Source: an uncultured cyanobacterium
GTDB lineage: Bacteria > Cyanobacteriota > Cyanobacteriia > Cyanobacteriales > Cyanobacteriaceae
Direction of reading: 5' to 3'
Length of the DNA: 64,000 bases
Assembly (NCBI GenBank): GCA_963749915.1
Contig: CAVVOP010000022.1
Span: 224,001-288,000 of the forward strand
Numbering within the stretch: the stretch's first letter is position 1; every line of letters begins with the position of its first letter. Of this stretch, positions 28,086 through 40,348 are shown piece after piece. The position numbers were made by a program, and so were the translations under genes. The notes under the pieces are model-generated. The model did no database searches. It was not told where the DNA came from and worked only from the letters and a program-made list of their open reading frames with translations.

Positions 28086-29225
28086 ATGTTAAATAAATTT
28101 ATCGGTTTATCCTTGTTGAGTCTCAGTTCTAATTTTGTATTTAATAGTCATTCATTGGCTCAATCTATACCTTTAAAACCTGTTGATAATGTGCCGATCA
28201 AAATAGTTGATGAACAATTATTTACCCGTGACAAACAAGCATTAATACGGGGGATCGATCACAGTTTGCGTTATCTCAATACTGATAAGGCGAAAACTGT
28301 TTATCAAAATTATACAATGCCCGAGTTTAGTCGTGAACGGGTGATAGCTTCCTTAAAGCGTTTTCGTCAATTATTAGTTAATTCTACCAGTGCGGCACAG
28401 TTACAAAGGGCGGTAGACAAAGAATTTCGGTTTTATCAATCGGTGGGTTATGACGATCAGGGAACGGTATCTTTCACTGGTTATTTTCAGCCTGTTTATA
28501 ATGCAAGTCGTCAAAAAACGGCTGTTTATCGTTATCCTTTGTACCGTAAACCGAATGACTTTGATTCTTGGCAAAATCCCCACCCTAGCAGGTCAGATTT
28601 AGAGGGTAAAGATGGGTTAGGTAATAATAGTATTTTAAGGGGTAATGAGTTAGTTTGGTTTAGTGATCGCTTACAAGCCTATTTGGTGCAGATTCAAGGT
28701 TCAGCAAAATTGAAACTCACGGATGGTAAAATTATGACCATCGGTTATAGTGGTGCAACAGATTATCCTTATAGTAGCTTGGGGAAGGAGTTAATCAAAG
28801 ACGGGAAAATACCAGCAGACCAGATGAGTCTGCCCCGTTTAATAGCTTATTTAGAAAGTAATCCCGATGAATTAGACATCTATTTGCCTCGCAATAATCG
28901 TTTTGTTTTCTTCAAGGAAACAGGAGGAAAACCAGCCACGGGTAGTTTAAATGTTCCCGTTACCGATGAAAGATCGATTGCTACAGATAAGTCAATTATG
29001 CCTCCGGGGGCGTTGGCTTTAATTTATACACGTATTCCCCAACTAGATAACCAAAAACGGCTTGTTACTCCTAACGTTAGCCGTTATGTCTTAGATCAAG
29101 ATACAGGAAGTGCCATTAAGGGTCCGGGTAGAGTAGATATATTTTTCGGTACGGGAGACATGGCGAAAACTAAAGCGGGTTTGGTAGATTGGACAGGAGA
29201 TTTATATTACTTACTCCTTAAGTAA
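28086..29225 (+). CDS. mltA: lytic murein transglycosylase A
   Basis: FTGYFQP, QIQGS, SIATD, QDTGSAIKGPGRVDIFFG. Confidence 0.93.
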   Translation: MLNKFIGLSLLSLSSNFVFNSHSLAQSIPLKPVDNVPIKIVDEQLFTRDKQALIRGIDHSLRYLNTDKAKTVYQNYTMPEFSRERVIASLKRFRQLLVNSTSAAQLQRAVDKEFRFYQSVGYDDQGTVSFTGYFQPVYNASRQKTAVYRYPLYRKPNDFDSWQNPHPSRSDLEGKDGLGNNSILRGNELVWFSDRLQAYLVQIQGSAKLKLTDGKIMTIGYSGATDYPYSSLGKELIKDGKIPADQMSLPRLIAYLESNPDELDIYLPRNNRFVFFKETGGKPATGSLNVPVTDERSIATDKSIMPPGALALIYTRIPQLDNQKRLVTPNVSRYVLDQDTGSAIKGPGRVDIFFGTGDMAKTKAGLVDWTGDLYYLLLK

Positions 29226-29248
29226 AAAAGGCGATAAACAATTAACAA

Positions 29249-30256
29249 TTATTTACTTATTTGTTCGGTATTATTGGGAGATTGTCCGTTATTACCGCTA
29301 AAAGATTGAAATAGGGTAAATCCTGCTATCGCCACTACAGCAACAGCACCAACAATTCCGGCTATTTTTAATTTACCTTTATTATTGGTTTCTGGGACAG
29401 AATCTTCTTCGGCGGGATCTTCAGGATGGGCGTAACGATGAAAAAGAAAATCTAGGGCATAGTTGCGTAATTCGTAGTAACGAGGATCTTCAGTTATTTG
29501 CACACGATTACGGGGACGAGAAAAGGGAATTTCGAGAATTTCGCCAATTTTTGCCTTGGGACCGTTGGTCATCATTACAAGGCGATCGGCTAAAAACAAT
29601 GCTTCATCTATATCGTGGGTGATCATCATAACGGTTAATTGATGATTGCGCCAAATTTCTAATAATTCCTCTTGCAATTCTTCTTTGGTGATGGCATCTA
29701 ACGCCCCAAAAGGTTCATCTAAAATCAAGACTTCTGGACGAATAGCCAACGCACGGGCGATGGCCACCCTTTGTTTCATCCCCCCAGATAATTGATTAGG
29801 TTTCTTTTTTGCCGCTTCCGTCAAGCCAACCATGGCCAAATGTTCTTCCACAATGGTGAGTTTTTCTTGTTGATTTTTGTTTGGATAGACAGCATTAACC
29901 GCAAGAGAAACATTGTCAAAGGCTGTTTTCCAGGGCAATAAACAGTAATTCTGAAATACCATCATGCGATCAGGACCGGGTTCGGCGATAATTTTATCTT
30001 TAAGTTTAACTGTACCAGTGGTGGGCTGATTAAAACCGGAAATCATGTTTAAAAGGGTAGATTTACCACAGCCGGAATGCCCTATGACGCACACAAATTC
30101 ATTTTCTTTAACAGTCAAATTGACATCATCTAAAACTGTGTAATCGCCGTTGGGGGTTTCGTAAACCTTGGAGACTTGATCCACAGTTAAAAAGGCAGTT
30201 TTTTCGATGGTAGAAGTATTATTTTCAGTATTCATTAAACTTTGCATAATTTTCAA
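29249..30256 (-). CDS. nrtD: nitrate ABC transporter ATPase
   Basis: [16 protein letters not shown]; last gene of the operon; C-terminal TM tail. Confidence 0.9.
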   Translation of the reverse strand: MKIMQSLMNTENNTSTIEKTAFLTVDQVSKVYETPNGDYTVLDDVNLTVKENEFVCVIGHSGCGKSTLLNMISGFNQPTTGTVKLKDKIIAEPGPDRMMVFQNYCLLPWKTAFDNVSLAVNAVYPNKNQQEKLTIVEEHLAMVGLTEAAKKKPNQLSGGMKQRVAIARALAIRPEVLILDEPFGALDAITKEELQEELLEIWRNHQLTVMMITHDIDEALFLADRLVMMTNGPKAKIGEILEIPFSRPRNRVQITEDPRYYELRNYALDFLFHRYAHPEDPAEEDSVPETNNKGKLKIAGIVGAVAVVAIAGFTLFQSFSGNNGQSPNNTEQISK

Positions 30257-30365
30257 AATAGTGGTTTGTTAATAATTATTTTTATTCCTAAATCTTGGCC
30301 CCCAAATCCACAACTTTGGCGAATTTAATTATATTTCTCTGCCAGAATTGGGAGTGAAGGGAGGA

Positions 30366-32366
30366 TTATTTAGTGGCTAAATTATCAATCAAGATCTCGG
30401 ATACTTGATAATCACGGCGGATAGTGAATCTTTCTAAGTAGCCGATGGGATCATCGGGATTGAAAACCATTTTGTCAAACAGTGGAAAACTATGGCGATC
30501 GGGCTCAACATCCGATAAACCTAATTGCCTACAAGCCTCACCGTATAAATCCGGACGACGCACTCTTTCCAAAATTTCGACCCAGTTACGAGGGAAAGGT
30601 GTATAACCCCAACGGGCTAATTGAGTTAACACCCATAATCCTTCAACCCTACCCGGAGAATTGGCTTGATCTACATAGAATTGATTAAACCTTAATAAAG
30701 ATTCGGTTTTTGTGCCGTAATTATAGGAATCGACAAAACCAGGACGGATATATTTAGCATCAACACCGACATATTCAGGACGGGCAAGTAACTCGACAAT
30801 TTCTGCACGGTTACGGTAATCGTCACAATATTCACAAGCCTCAATCAAAGCCTTAACTAAGGCAATGTGAGTTCTGGGGTATTTTTCTACCCAATCTTCT
30901 TTTACTCCTAAAATTTTCTCAGGGTGTCCTGACCAAATATCGATGTCTGTAGTAATCACGAAACCAAGATCTTCCTGCACTGCATGAGAATTCCAAGGTT
31001 CACCAACACAGTAACCGTCAATGTTACCAGCCTTGAGATTTGCCACCATTTGTGGCGGTGGAATTACCGTTAAACTGACGTCTTGATCGGGATCAATGCC
31101 CCCTGATGCTAACCAGTAACGCAATAGCAAATTGTGCATAGAAGCAGGGTGGACCATGCCAAAAGTGTGGACTTTATCAGGAGTTCGGGCGATCGCTTCC
31201 TTCAATTCCTGAAGGTTTGTAACTCCCATTTCTTGGAATTCTTTACTTAAAGTAATAGCGTTACCGTTGCGACTTAGCACCATTGAAGTAATCATGGGAA
31301 TCGAAGGGTTCCCCCCTGCACCCAAAGTCATACTTAAAGGCATTCCTGCCACCATTTGTGCGGCATCTAAACGTCCTTCGGCGACGCCTCTTGCTAATTC
31401 TTTCCATGATGGTTCGCGGACTAATTTCACTTGTTCTAAACCATGTTCTTGGAAAAATCCCTTCTCTTTGGCAATCATTAAAGGTGCACAGTCAGTTAAG
31501 GGTATGAAACCAATATCAAGGTTAATTTTTTCTAAGCCATTACCCGCCACTGCTTCTTTATTAAAGATGATTTGTCCGACTTTTTTGGATCGCTTCTGTT
31601 GATTGAGGAAATAAACCATTTCGTTTCGCAGAACATAGTAACTGGGATTATTTACCACTTCTAACCTTTGTCTTGGACGGGGGAACGGTACTTCTAAAAC
31701 TTGCCCGATATGAGCCTCAGGACCGGTGGTTAACATGACGATGCGATCCGATAACAATAAGGCCTCATCCACATCATGGGTTACCATTATGCAAGTAACA
31801 TGATTTTCTTGAACAATCCTCATTAAATTTTCTTGTAAATTTCCTCTGGTTAAGGCATCTAATGCCCCAAAAGGTTCATCTAAGAGTAGTACTTTGGGTT
31901 TTGTTGCCAAGGCACGGGCGATGGCAACCCGTTGTTTCATACCTCCAGACAGTTCCCCCGGACGTTTATGGGCAGCGTGTTTTAAGCCGACAATACCGAT
32001 ATTTTCTTCCACAATGGCTTTTCTTTCCGCTTCGGGAAAATGACGCATCACACGGTTAACCCCTAGAGCGATATTTTGTCGAACCGTCAACCAAGGTAAT
32101 AAAGAATAGTTTTGAAAGACTACCATGCGATCGGGACCCGGTTCGGTAACTTCTTTCCCCTCAAGGATAATACCACCGTGAGTTGCATTAGATAAACCGG
32201 CAACCATGTTTAAAAGAGTAGATTTACCGCAACCAGAATGACCAATTAAAGAGATAAATTGTCCCTTGTCGATCTTCAAATTAATATTGCGTAAAGCTAT
32301 ATATTCTCCCCCATTAGCAAGGGGAAAAATCTTATCAACGTGATCAATTTCAATAAAACTAGGCAT
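30366..32366 (-). CDS. nrtC: nitrate ABC transporter ATPase with NrtA-like C-terminal domain
   Basis: ABC domain plus [11 protein letters not shown]...CVGEPWN domain. Confidence 0.92.
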   Translation of the reverse strand: MPSFIEIDHVDKIFPLANGGEYIALRNINLKIDKGQFISLIGHSGCGKSTLLNMVAGLSNATHGGIILEGKEVTEPGPDRMVVFQNYSLLPWLTVRQNIALGVNRVMRHFPEAERKAIVEENIGIVGLKHAAHKRPGELSGGMKQRVAIARALATKPKVLLLDEPFGALDALTRGNLQENLMRIVQENHVTCIMVTHDVDEALLLSDRIVMLTTGPEAHIGQVLEVPFPRPRQRLEVVNNPSYYVLRNEMVYFLNQQKRSKKVGQIIFNKEAVAGNGLEKINLDIGFIPLTDCAPLMIAKEKGFFQEHGLEQVKLVREPSWKELARGVAEGRLDAAQMVAGMPLSMTLGAGGNPSIPMITSMVLSRNGNAITLSKEFQEMGVTNLQELKEAIARTPDKVHTFGMVHPASMHNLLLRYWLASGGIDPDQDVSLTVIPPPQMVANLKAGNIDGYCVGEPWNSHAVQEDLGFVITTDIDIWSGHPEKILGVKEDWVEKYPRTHIALVKALIEACEYCDDYRNRAEIVELLARPEYVGVDAKYIRPGFVDSYNYGTKTESLLRFNQFYVDQANSPGRVEGLWVLTQLARWGYTPFPRNWVEILERVRRPDLYGEACRQLGLSDVEPDRHSFPLFDKMVFNPDDPIGYLERFTIRRDYQVSEILIDNLATK

Positions 32367-32407
32367 GATTTCAATAGTAAATAATTAATAGTTAATGATT
32401 AAGGTGA

Positions 32408-32600
32408 GACTTGCAAGTGGGGGAAGAGGGGGAAGATGGGGAAGATTCCTCAACCAAAGAATAGGCTTTTCACTCCCTTGTCTACTTTCCTTCCTCTCTT
32501 GGTCAGCATTCCCTTGCGACTGTCGTCGTCGCGGGGTCTGACCGCTTGTCCTCCTTGTCTTGCCAACACCTAATTATAAAAAACCTACCCTTGTAAGAGA
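32408..32600. repeat. MITE-like intergenic repeat with a nested GC-rich hairpin
   Basis: purine/pyrimidine repeat arms (GGGGAAGA.../...CTTGTC); hairpin GGTCAG...CTGACC at 32501-32543. Confidence 0.5.
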
Positions 32601-32622
32601 AGGGGCAGAGGACAGGAGCTTA

Positions 32623-33447
32623 TTACTTCTGCTCACCGGGAACAACTAAATCAGCAATAAAAGTCATTAATCTATCTAATAACAATCCCACGACACCAAC
32701 GTAAACCAAGGCAATAATAATTTCACTCATCAAAGAACTATTATAGGCATCCCAAATAAAGAAGCCAATTCCCACTCCACCAATGAGCATTTCTGCGGCA
32801 ACAATAGCTAACCAAGATAGGCCAATGCCAATTCTTAACCCCGTAAAAATATATGGAACAGCTGAGGGAAACAAGATGTTAAAAAAGTATTCTACCTTTG
32901 ATAGTTTTAAAACCTTAGAAACATTATTGTAGTCCTGGGGAATTTTTTGTACCCCAACTGTTGTATTGATAACAATAGGCCAAATGGCAGTAATAAAAAT
33001 AACAAAAATAGCAGAGGGTTCAGCCTCTTGAAATGCAGCTAAGGCGATTGGTAACCATGCTAGAGGAGGAATAGTACGCAGTACCTGAAAAATGGGGTCT
33101 AGTGCATCATAAATTAAGCTATTTGTACCAATTAAAATACCTAAACTTACACCAACAATAGCGGCTAAAGAAAAGCCAATGGCCACCCTTGTGAGACTGG
33201 CAAAAACTTGGAGTCCCAACCCTTTGTCTGTGCCACCATTATCAAAAAAGGGATTAATGATGAGAGGATAAGTATCTTGAAAAACCTTTACAGGACCAGG
33301 AAGATTGGAGTTTTCTCCTCCACAAATAATTTGCCAAATTACTAAAAGCACAATCAATGCCACTACAGGGCGAATAACTTTTTTAGAATAAAGAAAACTA
33401 AGAGGATTTTTCTGAGGGCGAAATCGTAAATTGGTAGAATTAGCCAT
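32623..33447 (-). CDS. nrtB: nitrate ABC transporter permease
   Basis: NPFFDNGGTDKGLG, LRTIPPLAWLP, IVAAEM. Confidence 0.92.
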   Translation of the reverse strand: MANSTNLRFRPQKNPLSFLYSKKVIRPVVALIVLLVIWQIICGGENSNLPGPVKVFQDTYPLIINPFFDNGGTDKGLGLQVFASLTRVAIGFSLAAIVGVSLGILIGTNSLIYDALDPIFQVLRTIPPLAWLPIALAAFQEAEPSAIFVIFITAIWPIVINTTVGVQKIPQDYNNVSKVLKLSKVEYFFNILFPSAVPYIFTGLRIGIGLSWLAIVAAEMLIGGVGIGFFIWDAYNSSLMSEIIIALVYVGVVGLLLDRLMTFIADLVVPGEQK

Positions 33448-33543
33448 AGGAATATATGTCAAGTATTTAGCTGTTTGAGAAAATAGAGTTGATAAGTTAC
33501 CCTATCTTTTATTAAAAGAATTGAGAGTAACACCGTTAATTGA

Positions 33544-34854
33544 TTAACTTTGAATTGTTTTGATTTTGAGACTATCTAAATAGGCTTGGGGATTTTCGGG
33601 ATCAAAAGTTATACCATCAAAAAAAGTTTCAATTCCACGGGAAGTGCTAGTGGGAATTTGATCTGCTGGCACACCTAGTGCTTTGGCTGCTTCTTTCCAT
33701 AAATCTTCTCGGTTAACTTGATCCACAATTTTTGTGGTATCAGTATCTGCCGGCAGGTAACCCCAACGGATATTTTCAGTTAAGAACCATTGATCATGAC
33801 TCTTATAAGGATAGGAAGCATTATCTGTCCAATACTTCTGCATTAAATCGGGATCATCAAAGGTTTGACCATCTCCAAAGTTATAAATTCCTTTGGATCG
33901 ATCGATAATATCCTCATAAGGCACTTTAAACCATTCCCGTTTAGAAACAATTTGACACATTTCTTCTTTATTTTCTGGTTTATCACACCATTGTTGTGCC
34001 TCTAACACAGCCATTAATAAGGCTTTAGCGGCCTTGGGATTTTTATCCACCCAATCGGAACGCATGGCAAACGCTTTTTCTGGATGATTTTTCCAAATTT
34101 GTCCCGTGGTTACGGCTTGATAACCAACATTTTGGTTTACTGTTTGCAGAGGCCAAGGTTCTCCAACACAAAAGGATTCCATCGCATTAACTTTAACGTT
34201 TGCAACCATTTGTGCTGGTGGTACAACAATAGTCGAAACATCCTTACCTGGTTCGATGCCACCTGCCGCCAACCAGTAGCGAATCCAGCAATCGTGAGTA
34301 CCTCCGGGGAAAGTCATAGCCACTTTGGGATCGGTTACTTTTGCAAAGGCATCTTTTAAAGGAGCAGTATCTAAACCAATTTTGAGATCTTTATAATTAT
34401 TTCCTAACATAATACCCTGACCGTTGACATTGAGACGTGCCAGAATATACATGGGTACTTTATTCCCATTGGTTACAGTTCCCATGCTAATGAGATAGGG
34501 CATGGGGGTAAGAATATGCGCTCCGTCAATACCACCGCTACCTGAACCCAAAACTAAATTATCACGGGTAGTTCCCCAAGAAGCCTGTTTACTAACTTCC
34601 ACATCGGGCATCCCATATTTTGTGTAAAAGCCTTTCTCTTTTGCGATAATTAGGGGGGCGGCATCGGTGAGGGCAATAAAGCCTAATTTTGCCCCCGTAA
34701 CCTCGGGAGTCTCCCCTGTGGCTGGTGCTGTATTAGTAGGGGTTTCTGTGGTGGCTTGATTATTACTTGCCGTGGTGCAACCATGTAAAATAGCGCTGCC
34801 TACAGCAGTGACCCCGGCGGTGAAGATAAATTTTCGTCTGGATACTTGGGACAT
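33544..34854 (-). CDS. nrtA: nitrate/nitrite-binding lipoprotein
   Basis: SRRKF...LHGC, LGFIALTDAAPL, SWGTTRDNL, FCVGEPWP; NrtA-type rather than CmpA-type sequence. Confidence 0.92.
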   Translation of the reverse strand: MSQVSRRKFIFTAGVTAVGSAILHGCTTASNNQATTETPTNTAPATGETPEVTGAKLGFIALTDAAPLIIAKEKGFYTKYGMPDVEVSKQASWGTTRDNLVLGSGSGGIDGAHILTPMPYLISMGTVTNGNKVPMYILARLNVNGQGIMLGNNYKDLKIGLDTAPLKDAFAKVTDPKVAMTFPGGTHDCWIRYWLAAGGIEPGKDVSTIVVPPAQMVANVKVNAMESFCVGEPWPLQTVNQNVGYQAVTTGQIWKNHPEKAFAMRSDWVDKNPKAAKALLMAVLEAQQWCDKPENKEEMCQIVSKREWFKVPYEDIIDRSKGIYNFGDGQTFDDPDLMQKYWTDNASYPYKSHDQWFLTENIRWGYLPADTDTTKIVDQVNREDLWKEAAKALGVPADQIPTSTSRGIETFFDGITFDPENPQAYLDSLKIKTIQS

Positions 34855-34935
34855 AGATTAATAAGGTTTCCTAATTTATTTGAACATTTGTTAAGTTTGA
34901 TGCACCTATTTAAAACCCTTAGAAGGGTTCGATTT

Positions 34936-34949
34936 GTACCTTTAGTCAC
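34936..34949 (-). promoter_or_regulatory. NtcA-binding site upstream of nrtA
   Basis: minus strand GTG-N8-TAC with T/A flanks, 22 nt before a TTAAAT -10-like box. Confidence 0.55.
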
Positions 34950-35386
34950 AAAATTTGATTAATTTGCAAAAAATACATTTCAAAGATTTATACTGTGCAT
35001 TACCCTTTATGTTCTGGCTCTTCTCCTGTTTTCCTGTCTTTTATCCCACATTCCCCAGGTTAAAAAGAGAAAGCTAAAAAGTATTAAGTATTAAGTATAT
35101 ATAGCAATCCTAGCCCAACCGTCGATGCCCGCGCGATCGTCAAGCAAATCCGCTAAATCCACCCACGAATTGATGAAGATGGTCGTTTTGTTAGACGCTG
35201 TTAAATCAGCAGTCTTTTTAAGGGTGTATGATGTAAAAGTTTAGTTAAAAATTTTGAAAGAACTCTAGCTCATGCTATAGTAAAGCTTAATCTCTGTTTT
35301 GTCAGACTGATGCTGAAAAGATTGGCGAGTGCATAGATACCAAATGGGTTCTATATATAAGTTAAGTTAGAAATAATTCTACACCT

Positions 35387-36145
35387 ATGTCCCAGCAACT
35401 AAAACAAATTACCGAGCATCAGTGCCAAAATGCACCCGCTAAATACGGCGATCTAAAAGCTCTTTTTCTGAACTGCACACTAAATAGAACTCCTGTTTTA
35501 TCTCATACCAGAGGCGTAATTGATATCGCCAAAACCATTTTTGAAGCCAATGGAGTTCAAACCAAAGTGATTAGACCTGTGGATTACGAAATACCAGCAG
35601 GACTGGGACTAGATATGTCTCAAACAGATGAATGGGACAAAGACGATTGGCCGATAATTCAAAAAGAAATTGATGAAACTGATATTTTGGTTTTGTGTAC
35701 TTCAGTGTGGCTAGGAGAAAAGAGTTCCGTTTGTAATCGAGTCTTAGAAAGAATGTATGGTTACACTCATCTTTTAAATGAAAAAGGTCAATATCGAGAT
35801 TATGGAAAAGTCGGTGCCACTCTAATCACTGGGAATGAAGATGGTGTTAAACATTGTGCCATGAATATCTTATTTTCTCTTTCTCATATTGGTTATACAA
35901 TTCCTCCCCAAGCTGATGCAGGATGGCTAGGAGAAGTTGGCCCAGGCCCTTCTTATCTAGATCCTGGTTCTGGTGGTCCGGAAAACGATTTTACCAACAG
36001 AAATACCACTTTCTTAGCTTGGAACTGTATGCACCTGGCCAGAATGTTGAAAGATAATGGCGGAATTCCGGCTCATGGAAACCAACCTGGAGTTTGGGAT
36101 GCAGGTTGTAAAAGTGATTTTAAAAACCCAGAACATCAAGTATAA
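35387..36145 (+). CDS. flavodoxin-like / NADPH-dependent FMN reductase family protein
   Basis: FLNCTL...SHT, TSVWLGE, GKVG..LITGNEDG, PPQADAGW. Confidence 0.85.
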   Translation: MSQQLKQITEHQCQNAPAKYGDLKALFLNCTLNRTPVLSHTRGVIDIAKTIFEANGVQTKVIRPVDYEIPAGLGLDMSQTDEWDKDDWPIIQKEIDETDILVLCTSVWLGEKSSVCNRVLERMYGYTHLLNEKGQYRDYGKVGATLITGNEDGVKHCAMNILFSLSHIGYTIPPQADAGWLGEVGPGPSYLDPGSGGPENDFTNRNTTFLAWNCMHLARMLKDNGGIPAHGNQPGVWDAGCKSDFKNPEHQV

Positions 36146-36173
36146 ATCCTTTTGAGCTTTAAGGATTTCAAAA

Positions 36174-36245
36174 ATGTCAGCTACAGAAACACAGTGGTTT
36201 CGCGTTCTCGAGCCTGATGAATTAGCCGATGTCAATTTAATTTGA
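36174..36245 (+). pseudogene. truncated 5' gene fragment (possibly Rieske-domain N-terminus)
   Basis: AAGGA RBS, MSATETQWFRVLEPDELAD then a stop. Confidence 0.35.
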
Positions 36246-36266
36246 CCGGTTTCCTGAATGAGGGTA

Positions 36267-36294
36267 TTAGGGGCTTAAGATCTTAAGCCCCTAA
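36267..36294. repeat. perfect 28-bp palindrome
   Basis: TTAGGGGCTTAAGA|TCTTAAGCCCCTAA. Confidence 0.9.
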
Positions 36295-36331
36295 AGCCTT
36301 AGATTATTTCAGTTCAGATTCAGAAAATAAC

Positions 36332-38248
36332 ATGAAGATTCAACAAATGTTAAAATTTGTTTTAACAGTATTATTAATCTGTTTTTTATCATTTAATACT
36401 GGTGCAAGTTTAGCACAAAATACTTGGGTTCAAGACAATGAAAAAGCGATGATTGTTTTGGACGGAAAACTTTTATTTAAAGTAGGTAGTATTGAGAATT
36501 TTACCGCCCAAGAAAGAGCAGAATTAATTAACTCTAATTTGGTCAAAGAAGTCAATAGTTTACAACCATTAAAATTAGAAGTCTTGTTAGAAAATGAGCA
36601 AACAGTTATTCGCAATCTTCCTAACAATCAACATATTTTGAATGTAACTCAATCAGATGTTATTTCGGGAACGACGATCGATGATCAGGCAAAAGTATGG
36701 AACAAGATCTTACAAGATACTTTAATTCAAGGAAGAAAAGCAAGAACATCATCCTATATATTAAATCATTTATTAAAAACTATTTTGGCAGTTATTTTTG
36801 CCATTTGTTTTAATCTTTGTCTCTATTTTTTTGGAAAATTTTGTCTGAAAAATTTTGACTGGCTTCTCAAAAATCCAGCCTCTCCTTTTTATAATTTAGA
36901 AACGCCTTTTTACATTATCTGGAATTTAACGGTTTTTTCTCTGCAAGTAGGTGTTTGGATTTGGGTTTTATATTATGTTAGTGAAGTTTTTCCTTTAGCT
37001 CGTAGTATTCGTTATCAAATTTATCAAACCCTTGAGCAGAATATTTTTAACTTAGGGGAAAGTCAATATTCGGCAATCGATCTGTTATTTCTGTTAATTT
37101 TTACCATTGCTTTATTATTCTTTATCCGTATTTTTACTGTTTTATTTAAAAGAAATATTTTAAGCAAGACAGGAGCAAATAATGCATTACAAAGTATAAT
37201 TACTACTGTATTTCAATATGTTTTGAGTTTTTTATGCATAATTATTCTTTGGCAAATTTGGGGATTTGATGTTAGTTCTTTAGCTATTTTAGTCAGTGTT
37301 TTAGGGGTGGGAATTGGTTTTGGTTTACAAAATATTGCCAATAATTTTATTAGTGGTTTAATTATTACTATTGAGCGTCCAATCCAAATAGGTGATTTTA
37401 TTAAAGTGGGAGATTTGCAGGGAAAAGTACAAAAAATTGGTTCTCGTAGTACAGTAATTAAAACCATGGATAAAGTCTCAATTATTGTTCCTAACTCGCG
37501 ATTTTTAGAAAGTGATGTAATTAATTGGAATTATGATGATCCTGTTTCTCGCTTAAGAATTCCCATTGGTGTTGCCTATGGTTCTAATATTAAAAAAGTG
37601 CGACTAGCCTTGTTAGAAGCAGTCAAAAGTCATCCTGATGTCTTGGTAACTCCTCGCCCTCAAGTTTGGTTTCGCGAGTTTGCCGATAGTTCCTTAAATT
37701 TTGAAGTTGGTGTCTGGATTAGTGAACCCGCTAGACAATTACAACTTAAAAGCGAAATCAATTATCGTATTGCTGCTAGTTTATATCGTCATAATATTGA
37801 AATTCCTTTCCCTCAAAGAGATTTTCATTTGCGATCGCCCAAAGTAGAACAAATGATCGAAGTTTGGCTGAGAAAACAGGGAATATCACCACAAGACGAA
37901 GCAAAGTATAGCCAAGAAGAGATGGAAGTGAGGGAAGAAGATAGAGATAGTTTTTTAATGTATCTGGAAGATAAATTGACGGATCAAGAAATAGATAATT
38001 TAGTAGGTAAAATTAGAAGTGAAAATGGCGTACAAATAAAAAATCGTCGTTACCGTCTCAATACTTATGATAGTTGTTTTATTGGTCAAGAATTAGTGGA
38101 CTGGCTAGCGACAAATTATGATTATAGTAGAGAAGAAGCCACTGAACTAGGACAGATTTTAGTTGAGAAAAAAATTATTCATCATGTTACTGATGAGCAT
38201 CCTTTTAGCGATGAGTATTTTTTCTATCGTTTTTATGTTGATGAATAA
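36332..38248 (+). CDS. MscS-family mechanosensitive channel with C-terminal DEP domain
   Basis: GIGFGLQNIANNFISG, PIQIGD, IVPNS, IEIPFPQR; tail KNRRYRLNTYDSCFIGQELVDWL...HHVTDEHPFSDEYFFYRF. Confidence 0.9.
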   Translation: MKIQQMLKFVLTVLLICFLSFNTGASLAQNTWVQDNEKAMIVLDGKLLFKVGSIENFTAQERAELINSNLVKEVNSLQPLKLEVLLENEQTVIRNLPNNQHILNVTQSDVISGTTIDDQAKVWNKILQDTLIQGRKARTSSYILNHLLKTILAVIFAICFNLCLYFFGKFCLKNFDWLLKNPASPFYNLETPFYIIWNLTVFSLQVGVWIWVLYYVSEVFPLARSIRYQIYQTLEQNIFNLGESQYSAIDLLFLLIFTIALLFFIRIFTVLFKRNILSKTGANNALQSIITTVFQYVLSFLCIIILWQIWGFDVSSLAILVSVLGVGIGFGLQNIANNFISGLIITIERPIQIGDFIKVGDLQGKVQKIGSRSTVIKTMDKVSIIVPNSRFLESDVINWNYDDPVSRLRIPIGVAYGSNIKKVRLALLEAVKSHPDVLVTPRPQVWFREFADSSLNFEVGVWISEPARQLQLKSEINYRIAASLYRHNIEIPFPQRDFHLRSPKVEQMIEVWLRKQGISPQDEAKYSQEEMEVREEDRDSFLMYLEDKLTDQEIDNLVGKIRSENGVQIKNRRYRLNTYDSCFIGQELVDWLATNYDYSREEATELGQILVEKKIIHHVTDEHPFSDEYFFYRFYVDE

Positions 38249-38500
38249 ATGAGAAGAAACATCAAAGACATTTATATTTTATGTTTTACGCGATCGCCCT
38301 GGGAGAGTAAGTTAGTAAGTTAGTAAGTTTTATCCATCACCCAAGAAGCAAAAAAACTTACACTACCTCCAGTTCCCATGGCACCTATTATGGTTCGCCT
38401 TCGACAATGAAGATTGTTTCCCCTTAAGCGATCAAAATTTTCGTCCTGGATTCCTCTGATAATAAGATTTTCGAGCTTATTTGCTCAATTTTTATACTAC

Positions 38501-38541
38501 TCACTTATTACTTATTACTTATTACTTATTACTTATTACTT
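38501..38541. repeat. heptamer tandem repeat (TTACTTA)n, STRR-type
   Basis: read directly; about 5-6 units. Confidence 0.9.
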
Positions 38542-38544
38542 TAA

Positions 38545-40188
<1,644 letters not shown>

Positions 40189-40348
40189 TTAAGTTTGTTA
40201 ATTTTTTTTCTGCCCCTAATTTATCAGTAAAGAGTGCAAAAATATTACCTAAGGTGAGCATTGATACAAATTAAGTTTATTTTATGATAGTCAGAGATTT
40301 ATTATTATAATTAGACTATTAATCAATCAATTTAATTATCATTGAATA

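Noticed and set aside
29249..34854. cmpABCD bicarbonate transporter
   Set aside because: The binding protein has NrtA-type sequence and there is an NtcA-like site upstream.
38300..38490. short open frames between mscS and pgm
   Set aside because: No credible start or RBS and no recognisable motif; possibly a decayed fragment.
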